Under the pieces are notes generated by a model. The model made no database searches. It saw only the letters and a list, made by a program, of their open reading frames with translations, and had not been told where the DNA came from. This document shows positions 25,876 through 34,000 of a DNA stretch of 41,026 nt, piece after piece (the first letter of the stretch is position 1; each line of letters opens with the position of its first letter). The position numbers and the translations under genes are program-made. Source of the stretch: Saprospiraceae bacterium (lineage in GTDB: Bacteria > Bacteroidota > Bacteroidia > Chitinophagales > Saprospiraceae); the NCBI GenBank assembly GCA_049241465.1, contig JBMLQR010000315.1, positions 1 to 41,026 of the forward strand, in the 5' to 3' direction.

Positions 25876-27615
25876 TTAAGGTCTTTTGGTATTAGAAGTA
25901 AGCTGTATTTTTTGAATGAAATAAAATACAAAGGCACCAAAAATAAAAGCAATAAGTAAGGATATGCGCTCGTCAGTAAACCAGTTCATGATACTTAATA
26001 AGGGCACTAATAACAAAGTCATTATCAACATAAACAGGTATCTGAAGAATTGCTGGCCTAAAATTCCAGTCCTTACTCGCCAATCTGCAAAAGCTATGAC
26101 CCAACCAATAATCACACTTAAAGCAAATAATAAATAAGTTAATGTTAATATATCTCTGTATTTGAGCATAAAACTACCCATGGAAACAGGAAATCCTTCC
26201 GCTTCATTTATTGGATTAACTACACCAGTGGTATCAGAGGTAAATCTATTATCTATAAGTTGCCATAGATCAGTATACCCATTGTCATATCCTAAAGCCC
26301 AGATTCCTACCCCTTTTAACCCATAACTTAAGGCTAAATTATACTTTTTCTCTAAGGTGGATGCATTGTCATACCAGCATTCTACAGAAGTACTATCACC
26401 AAATTCAAGAAAAAAATAATTGGTCATACTTACAAAATCATATTGTGGAGTATACGTTGTTCCATATAAATTCATCACCTCACGATAGGGAACATCCTTG
26501 TCAAAATAAGTATCATAAACCCCTTTACTATTTATTTTCCCTTTCCATTGAGCGCCATAATAGGGCAAAGCCAAAACTGTTTTCCCTACATCCAGTTGGT
26601 TTTTAACATAATAATCAAGGGTGCTTTGTAAACTTATTCCATTTCTATTGGTAGTTCTTAAAGGGGACACAGCACCTGTGATTCCTTTCCCTTTATGATA
26701 ATCATATCCCATTATGACCATTAAATCTACAAGTTCTCCGAGTTTTACATGGTCAAATGCATCCCGAGTGCTGTAGGAGGGTAGGGTAATGGAAAGAAAA
26801 ACCTTTCCACCCGGCATTTTATTTGAAAGATTAGTACGCAAAAGAGTTACAAAATTAACCAAAGATTCTTTATGCTTTTCTGGTACATTTTCAAAATTCA
26901 AATCTACACCATCTGCATTTCTTGCAATAATTAAACTTGCAATACTATCTGTAAAAGTATTCCAAGCCGCAGGACTTGATAAAAATCTATCATTTTCGGC
27001 TACACCATGACTCGCCATACTTAATAATACCCGCGTTCCATTTGCTTTGGCAGTATCAATCATTGAGGTTGTTCTCCATTCTTGTATTTGGGCTGGATTG
27101 GAATAAGATCCAGTTTCCGGATCAACAATGTAAGCAAAATAGGCAATGGTGCTCAATAAAGAAAAATCATAAGATTCCCAGGCTGATCCCATCCAATGAG
27201 GATGCCAGCCAAAAACTTCATATTTTTTACTTAATTTTCTGTTCGTTGGACTTTTGATAAAATATATCTGTTGTACTGAATCCCAGTAAAAATTATTAGC
27301 TTTTAATTTATTTGGGTTATTAGGATTTAAAAAATCATATAGGTAACCATATCTTCGGAGCATATTCTGTTGTTCCGGAGTGGCTAATCCTTCCTTCATT
27401 TTTATTGAATCCTCCTCAGTGGGTTTCTCATCTTCCATGCCAAGGGCACTTTTTATCTTCGAGGCATCTTTATTCATGTAGCGCAGGGTTGATTCTGTCT
27501 GCCTGGTGCTTTTCTTTGCCTTAAAATAAGTATCTTTCGCTCCGCAATTAAACAGGAATATACTAAGTAAGAAAAAATAGAATACAAATCTGTATTTTTG
27601 GATTTGATTGATCAT
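25876..27615 (-). CDS. Glycoside hydrolase family 18-like protein with an N-terminal signal/lipobox and three C-terminal TM helices
   Basis: 579-aa ORF. GH18 barrel landmarks are present: VFGWHPHW, ADGVDLNFE (a variant of the catalytic DxxDxDxE), MGYDYH and GVGIWALGYD. The N-terminus is FFLLSIFLFNCGAK, a possible lipoprotein signal. The C-terminus has three hydrophobic helices (ILTLTYLLFALSVIIGWVIAFA, FRYLFMLIMTLLLVPLLSIM, ISLLIAFIFGAFVFYFI). Confidence 0.8.
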   Translation of the reverse strand: MINQIQKYRFVFYFFLLSIFLFNCGAKDTYFKAKKSTRQTESTLRYMNKDASKIKSALGMEDEKPTEEDSIKMKEGLATPEQQNMLRRYGYLYDFLNPNNPNKLKANNFYWDSVQQIYFIKSPTNRKLSKKYEVFGWHPHWMGSAWESYDFSLLSTIAYFAYIVDPETGSYSNPAQIQEWRTTSMIDTAKANGTRVLLSMASHGVAENDRFLSSPAAWNTFTDSIASLIIARNADGVDLNFENVPEKHKESLVNFVTLLRTNLSNKMPGGKVFLSITLPSYSTRDAFDHVKLGELVDLMVIMGYDYHKGKGITGAVSPLRTTNRNGISLQSTLDYYVKNQLDVGKTVLALPYYGAQWKGKINSKGVYDTYFDKDVPYREVMNLYGTTYTPQYDFVSMTNYFFLEFGDSTSVECWYDNASTLEKKYNLALSYGLKGVGIWALGYDNGYTDLWQLIDNRFTSDTTGVVNPINEAEGFPVSMGSFMLKYRDILTLTYLLFALSVIIGWVIAFADWRVRTGILGQQFFRYLFMLIMTLLLVPLLSIMNWFTDERISLLIAFIFGAFVFYFIQKIQLTSNTKRP

Positions 27616-28799
27616 TCTGTATAAATTTTAAAATACTTAATAAGTGAGGGTATTTTGTTTATAACCTGTTCTGTGTAGGGTTTGCCTTCCAAATAAATGC
27701 TTTTGAAATATACAGTTTGTTCTGATACGCCATTGTTATTCAAGCAAGCCAAATATAAATATTTCTTTTGATATTTTGATGTCGCTTCCAAAATCTTGCC
27801 ATAATTGGGACCACTATTTATAGACAGGGAAAGTGAAGCAGGTGAAAATGATCCATTTCTTGTTAATTTCAAAGCATTTGATTCATTAACAAAAGCACAC
27901 GTTAATCCCTTTGGTTCCGAATAAGGTAAAAAATGAAGTTTACCCATAGCATAATCTGTCAGGGGATCTTTTGTAGATACCACTGATTTAAATTCATCTA
28001 TATTTTTCTGATTATATCCAATCCAATAAACCCATCCTTTCCCGTTTTTTGCTAAATCAAAGGGTATTGGAAATATAAAATAAGGTGTTTTTGTAAGATT
28101 CAATTTAGCGCCTATACTAAAGGATTGTTCTGAAAGAGGAAGGTATAATAACTCTTCTTTAGTAACCATCACTGTATCATTATGATAAAGCGTGTCCGTT
28201 GCCTCCTTGAGCATAACTTTTTTTTCCTGCTTTAAATTTCTTACAAATATCGTTGTTTTAAAGGGTAGAAAGTTTCTATTTGTAAGTTTAACGGTTATTT
28301 CTCCGGCTTCAATAGCAGGTATTTTAACGTAAATAGCTTTTTTCTTCTTTAATTTCAATCTGGAGTATAAAGGTGTTTTTCCTAAAAGAACCTCCACAGA
28401 ACTTAATTTTAAAATGGATTTATGTTTAATGTAAAGTTGAATGGTATCAGATTTATCTACCTGATAAACATACTCCAGTTTATCCTTTTTAGGTATTAAT
28501 ACCTTAACAGCTGGATAGGTAACAGAGTCCTTTATCGTTTTATTTATTAGCGATTTGATGTCATCTAATTTAAAATGCATGATTAAGGTATCTCCTGCTT
28601 TTAATCTCTCTTTAAGACTGTCTAAATTAACTTTTTTTTGAAGGGGATTTTTAATTTCCAATGAAGAAATTTCTTTTTCTGCTTTCGTAGTTATTTTGTT
28701 TTTTATATCATCCAGTTTTATCTGTGCCATAACAGACGAATAAATAAAAAAACAATAGAAGAAGATATAGCCAAATTTTTCAGGGAAAGAAGTGATCAT
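27612..28799 (-). CDS. Exported or membrane-anchored hypothetical protein
   Basis: 395-aa ORF with an N-terminal hydrophobic signal (GYIFFYCFFIYSSVMAQ). The rest is beta-rich and Lys-rich with no recognisable motif. Its stop overlaps the GH18 start by 4 nt (ATGA), and its start abuts the DUF4407 stop (TAAATG). Confidence 0.65.
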   Translation of the reverse strand: MITSFPEKFGYIFFYCFFIYSSVMAQIKLDDIKNKITTKAEKEISSLEIKNPLQKKVNLDSLKERLKAGDTLIMHFKLDDIKSLINKTIKDSVTYPAVKVLIPKKDKLEYVYQVDKSDTIQLYIKHKSILKLSSVEVLLGKTPLYSRLKLKKKKAIYVKIPAIEAGEITVKLTNRNFLPFKTTIFVRNLKQEKKVMLKEATDTLYHNDTVMVTKEELLYLPLSEQSFSIGAKLNLTKTPYFIFPIPFDLAKNGKGWVYWIGYNQKNIDEFKSVVSTKDPLTDYAMGKLHFLPYSEPKGLTCAFVNESNALKLTRNGSFSPASLSLSINSGPNYGKILEATSKYQKKYLYLACLNNNGVSEQTVYFKSIYLEGKPYTEQVINKIPSLIKYFKIYTE

Positions 28800-29891
28800 T
28801 TAAGCTTTTTTATTTAGAATCTGTTTGACTAATTTTTCTTGTAATTGGGCTAATTGAATAGCAGCCTCATCTTTAATCATTTTTTCATGAGATTGATTTT
28901 TCGATTCTTTTCTAAAAGAGGTGGTTTCTGAATTTTCGGGCATTGATTTTAATCCTGCTGTCAAATGATGTTCTTGAACCTGACCCATATAAGCAATTTT
29001 ATAAGGGTATTCCTTGCTTTGAAGTAAATGATCATAAGGTCCAATAGGCGCGAATAATTTGGATAGAATTGGCGCAGTTTCCAAGAAAATAAAAAGTAAT
29101 AAAATGCCCATGGAAGTGTTTCCTGAAAGCATGGATAAGGCTTCAAGTCTGGCTAATAAACCCTTGGAAAAATACTTTTTTAAGACCTCTTTTTCATTGT
29201 CTTTTTCAATATTCAACTTTACCTTTTCGTTTGAAAGTAAGGCTAGATTATGATTCATTTTTTGTTGAATCTCCTGATGTTCTTTTGTATAAGCTTCGTA
29301 TTTCTCTTGCTTTCTTAAGCATTCACTTCCTCTTCCAGAATTTCTTGTTCCACAAGTACCGTCACATTCACATTTATACTGAGCGTAATACAATTCTTTT
29401 AATTTAAAACTACTTTGAATCGACTTTTGATATTCATTTTCTTTCTTCTCAATATTCAGAATCTTTTCAATAAAAGACTTTTCAATTTTCATTAATTTTT
29501 CTCCTCTTATTTCTATTAATTTAAAATCAATTTCTGATTGGAATAATTTTAATTCCAATGGTTTGGAAATGACAAGAGCTATAAAAATAGCCATTAAAAT
29601 TCTTGGTAATGCTTGTAAAAATTCTTGAATTGATTTTCCCTTTTTCCGAAAACTTGAAACTAAAAATCTATCTAAATTAAAGATTAAGCCTGCCCATAGT
29701 AATGACAATAGCATGGATACAAAACCTTGCTGAAAAATAAGATGAAATGCAAAATAGGCTGATAGTCCAGCCATTAACGTGGTGAAATATACACTGGCTC
29801 CAATGCCAGCATATTTAATCTTCTCAGATTCAGGGCATTCTGACATAATGTCCTTACTTACACCTGCGGCAAAATGAAGAAATCTGGACAT
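28800..29891 (-). CDS. DUF4407-family membrane protein (TM - coiled coil - TM)
   Basis: 363-aa ORF. EKIKYAGIGASVYFTTLMAGLSAYFAF, LLWAGLIFNLDRFLVSS, a long coiled coil containing the Cys cluster KCECDGTCGTRNSGRGSEC, and a late TM helix (MGILLLFIFLETAPIL) fit my recollection of DUF4407. Confidence 0.6.
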   Translation of the reverse strand: MSRFLHFAAGVSKDIMSECPESEKIKYAGIGASVYFTTLMAGLSAYFAFHLIFQQGFVSMLLSLLWAGLIFNLDRFLVSSFRKKGKSIQEFLQALPRILMAIFIALVISKPLELKLFQSEIDFKLIEIRGEKLMKIEKSFIEKILNIEKKENEYQKSIQSSFKLKELYYAQYKCECDGTCGTRNSGRGSECLRKQEKYEAYTKEHQEIQQKMNHNLALLSNEKVKLNIEKDNEKEVLKKYFSKGLLARLEALSMLSGNTSMGILLLFIFLETAPILSKLFAPIGPYDHLLQSKEYPYKIAYMGQVQEHHLTAGLKSMPENSETTSFRKESKNQSHEKMIKDEAAIQLAQLQEKLVKQILNKKA

Positions 29892-29949
29892 TTTAAAGAT
29901 TCATTTGTTCAATAAAAGCTAAAGGTATGATTTTTTTTTGGAATATAAA

Positions 29950-30954
29950 TCATGGTCTTTTTTCAAAGAATTTTAAAAACGAAGGTAATTTTTTTGCTTG
30001 TTTTTGTGATGGTAAGGTTTGGTTACCTTGCAATATATAAAAATGGAGGATTGTTTTTTTAGTTTCAAAAATAGTTTTCCATGTAAAATGAAGAGATGAA
30101 TCTTCTTTAAATTGTATGTCTCTAAACCCATTAGCAGGTATTTCCCCCCATTTTTCCTCATTTAAAATACCCATCCTATCTGCTTCCCAATATAAACGAA
30201 GATGGCAAGCTGGCGGTATGGCATAGTGGAAGGGAATTTCAGGATGAGCATGAAGGGGAATATATTCTTTAAGTTTATCTGTAGAAATATATAAGGAAAA
30301 CGACAAGCCTAACGATGTCAATGCTTTTACAAAAATTCTTTTTTCTGAAATGGCATTATCGTTTTTGGCCTGGATAGAAAATAAATAATCCATATTTATT
30401 TGTACATCATAACTCCCTTTAGGGGGTAACCTTAAATTAAGTGGCATTAAAATAACGGATTCTGCCTGAAAAACCTCCCATGATAATGTAATTTTTTCTC
30501 CTGTTTTTACCCATTCCTTTGAGGCAGAAAGATGTATTTGGGGGTTTCCACTTTGATGAACAATAGGTTTTGATTCCGCTTTTAGGTCTTGAAATTTTAA
30601 TATTCCATTCGTTATTCTTGTAAGCAGGTCTGTATCAATTTCGTTTGTTAATTCAATGGCTGAAATATGGATTTTTTTATCAATGTTTATGAAATATCCA
30701 AATTTATTTTCATTATTAAAAGAACAATATATTTGACCCCCGCCTGCAGCAATACGAAGAAGTGTATTTGTTATTTTTATAGATTTATTTTCATTCTCCA
30801 TCAGAATAATTAGTTCAATAAGTATCCCTTTAGTTTGAAGATTAAAAAGAGAAACGGATAATTCATCCAATAAATGATAAGGAATAATTCCTTGGATATG
30901 AAATTGGCAAGAACGAAAAGCCAGCTTGATTTTATCGGTAAATAGGTCGCTCAT
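29950..30954 (-). CDS. Hypothetical protein, first gene of the CIS operon
   Basis: 334-aa ORF with an ATG start and no TM segment or signal peptide. The middle part (IHLSASKEWVKTGEKITLSWEVFQAESVILMP...YDVQINMDYLFSIQAKN) looks like an Ig-like beta-sandwich. I recognise no family. Confidence 0.6.
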   Translation of the reverse strand: MSDLFTDKIKLAFRSCQFHIQGIIPYHLLDELSVSLFNLQTKGILIELIILMENENKSIKITNTLLRIAAGGGQIYCSFNNENKFGYFINIDKKIHISAIELTNEIDTDLLTRITNGILKFQDLKAESKPIVHQSGNPQIHLSASKEWVKTGEKITLSWEVFQAESVILMPLNLRLPPKGSYDVQINMDYLFSIQAKNDNAISEKRIFVKALTSLGLSFSLYISTDKLKEYIPLHAHPEIPFHYAIPPACHLRLYWEADRMGILNEEKWGEIPANGFRDIQFKEDSSLHFTWKTIFETKKTILHFYILQGNQTLPSQKQAKKLPSFLKFFEKRP

Positions 30955-31075
30955 GATTCAGATTTATTCAGTTTATTTCGGATGACAAATAGGAAATTAG
31001 TCATTTATTTTCTTTAGTTTTAAAAAATTTTGTAAAGTAATATTAAATTGTATTTTTTTTAAATAAAAAACCTAA
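30955..31075. promoter_or_regulatory. Divergent intergenic region expected to hold the promoters of the CIS operon and of the NTPase gene
   Basis: A 121-bp, very AT-rich spacer lies between the divergent start codons at 30954 and 31076. It contains a direct repeat, ATTCAGATTT ATTCAGTTTA (30957-30976). I could not find a clean Bacteroidota TAnnTTTG -7 box, so the promoter positions are not defined. Confidence 0.4.
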
Positions 31076-34000
31076 ATGGCAACAATGGCCAAACTGAATA
31101 TACCTTTTGTCGGTAGCAGATCGTTTTATGAATCTGAACAAGCGTCATTTTATGGACGTATCAAACAAGTGGATGATGTTTTGTTGTTGTTACATAAACA
31201 TAAATTTATAGCATTAACCGGACAGATTGGTTCAGGTAAATCATCATTTTTAGATTCTGGTTTAATTCCCGCATTGAAAAAGGGACACAATGGACTTGCT
31301 GGGAAAGAATGGGTGATTTGTAAAACAAGGCCAGGTCAGGCTCCAATAAGAAATCTTGCTTATGCTTTGTCAGAAAATGATTTATTAAATCCAACCATTA
31401 AATCTACCCCTGAACAACATTTATGGATAGAGAAAAAATTAAAGGAAGGTATCTCTGGACTTGAAACCGTTTATCGACAATCTGAAATTTTTGGTAAGAA
31501 AAATTTAATGATTGTTATTGACCAATTTGAAGATTTATTTTTAAATACAGATCGCTATAATAACGCCGCTGCACTTAATGAAGATACAAATCAGTATATT
31601 AATTCCATCACAGGTGCTAATTTTGCAGAAGAAATTGCAGTGTATGTTGTCATCGCTTTAGGAACTGAAAATATTATTGATATCTCCCCATATCGCCGTT
31701 TACAGGATTTAATGAACCAAGGGCAATATTTACTTCCAAGAATTAGCGGCGTCGATTTAAAACGAATTATTTCGAATCCGTTAGTTGGTTCTAAAATTGG
31801 TGTAAGTCCTGAGTCTGTAGATACTCTTCTTGCACAATTTGGTTCTGATATGCGTTTGCTTCCAAACTTACAGTTTTTATTGTATAAAACCTGGTCTGTG
31901 GTGAAAGATAAGAATCAGGAAAATATTATTATTCAACCGGAAGATCTGGCAAACGTTGGAAATATCCAACATTGTTTTGCCTCACATCTTGAATTACATT
32001 ATGACCACTTGGATGAAAGAGGAAAACAAGTTTTCGAAAAATTATTTAAAGTTTTGGTCTCAACGGAATCTTTGGGTAAATTGACTCAGCCACGAACTTT
32101 GGCACATCTAAGCTCCATTTGCGAATCGTCATTAGAAGAAATTTCAACTTTACTTCTGCCTATTTCCCGAGGGGAGGAAATGTTTTTAGAGATTTTGCCT
32201 CCTGATATTTCTATGAATACTGACAATAGAAACTTTCAACTGCATAAAAATAGTCTGTTAGTTATAAAAAATGAAAATATTTTTATCCACTGGGATAGAT
32301 TTAGAACTTGGCTTGAACAGGAAAAAGAATCTAGAGAAATTTATAAAGGTCTTATTACAGATCAATTAAGGTATGATGAAGGGAAAACCTCTTTACTAAG
32401 ACCGCCCGATTTAGATTTTATATGGCAATGGTATCAACAAAATCAACCATCAAAAATTTGGGGGGAATTTCTTGTTCCGGGATATCAAAATGCAATTGAT
32501 TATCTGACCTTGAGCTATAATACCTATAAAAATGAGTTGTTATTAAAAGAAAATGCCAGAAAAAATGAGATAAAGAGATATCGAAGAAATATGTTAATTG
32601 GTGTTGTGGTTGGAATCGTTACCATATCTGTGGTTTCTTTGTTGGCAATCAATGCACATAATGAAAAGAGAATTGCTAATAGAGAAAGACTTGTTGCTAT
32701 AAAAGCTAAGGAAGATCTGGCCCAAAAAAAATTAATAGCTGACCAATTAAATAGGGATTTATTTGAAAGTAAGGATAGCATAAATCAAATAGTTACCCAA
32801 TTAAAAACCAAAGAAATTACAATTAATAAACAAAATTTATCGCTGGTTAAAAAAAGTAGTGATCTGGAAAAATCTTCTATAACGATTAAGGAACAATATA
32901 AAAATCTTGAGGCTCAAATTAAGGAAACAAAAATTGCCGTTACTAAAGCTGAAATTGCTAAAGAAAAAGAAATAGTAGCAACAAAAAAAGCAAAAACCAG
33001 GGAAGAGTTTAGCAATATTAAAAATCAACTGTTTCTATTGGTGGGTGAATTTTTAGCAAATGAAAATCCGCTTGAATTAATACCAAAATTGAATTCAAAA
33101 ATTAATGACTATAATGAAATTTCAAATGAAGTCGTTGGAACAATACAACCAAATAATACCCTTTTTCAAGTTTTAAATATAGCGACAACTAAATTAGAAG
33201 CTTTAAGAAATAAATCCTCCCAAATTTTAAAAGCTAAAGCCGGATTAAGAACTATTAGTAACCAGAATGGAAGCTTTTTATGCGGTGGTGACGATGGCTA
33301 TCTTTTTATTGGAGGTGGTAAAAATAAGGTGGATATAGGGGAACGAATTAGAGCAACTTTACCTTTAAAAAATGAGCCTTTTGCACTTATTGGAACGTTT
33401 ACTGGAGGAGTTTATGCTATTAATTCTGGTAAGGCTCCTAATAAATTATTAAATTCTTCTTCAAATATGCCCGCTGTTGCTTTACTAAATGCGTTTAAGT
33501 ACGGGGAATATTTACTTGCCACTCAAAATGAACTGGTGCTTTTCTCTTTGGAAAATGGAGTTATTTCTAAATCTATGCTTCGTGATAAATTATTATCGAT
33601 TGTCCCTTTAACTGATCAGAATAAATTTTTATTGTCAACTCAAAAAGGTCTTTATCTTTGGAAAACTTCGGGAGAAATTGAATCATTGATTCAGTTGGGG
33701 AGCGGCGAATTTTCAAATCCTGTTTCTGCAATGACTTTATCAAGAAATATTATTTCCTTTGGATTTCAAAATGGTAAAATTCTCTTGTATAATCTGAGTG
33801 AGTTTTTACAAAATGTTAGGATAAATCCAAAGGAAAAATTTGTTTTTCATCGCACAGATATTACTAAAATACTATTTTTTGAAGATAAATTATTTTCTTC
33901 AAGTCTGGATAAAACTGTTTATTTTGTTGACTTGAAGTTAGAAAATTCGGCAGCCTATGCAGTAAAATTGGTTGATAATAACAGCTGGGTCTGGGACATA

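Noticed and set aside
28217-28224. Homopolymeric A/T runs of 8-9 nt as possible phase-variation switches. Examples are at about 5582-5589, 28217-28224, 28633-28640, 29932-29940, 31053-31060 and 32725-32732.
   Set aside because: Such runs are expected by chance at this AT content and encode ordinary Lys-Lys/Phe-Phe codons. A single sequence gives no evidence of length heterogeneity.
30955-31075. Bacteroidota-type promoter boxes (TAnnTTTG -7 element) in the divergent region, and also in 29892-29949 and 24113-24197
   Set aside because: Only partial matches were found, for example TAGCTTTT on the minus strand of 29892-29949. None is clean enough to annotate. The regions are reported only as candidate regulatory gaps.
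26361-33028. Short nested ORFs in the accessory and NTPase genes: 26361-26606, 26789-27010, 26976-27257, 28961-29146, 29059-29253, 29973-30161, 31206-31394, 32524-32781 and 32837-33028
   Set aside because: They are out-of-frame or antisense inside larger, better-supported ORFs. The 32.5-33.0 kb examples mirror the K/E-rich coiled-coil codons.
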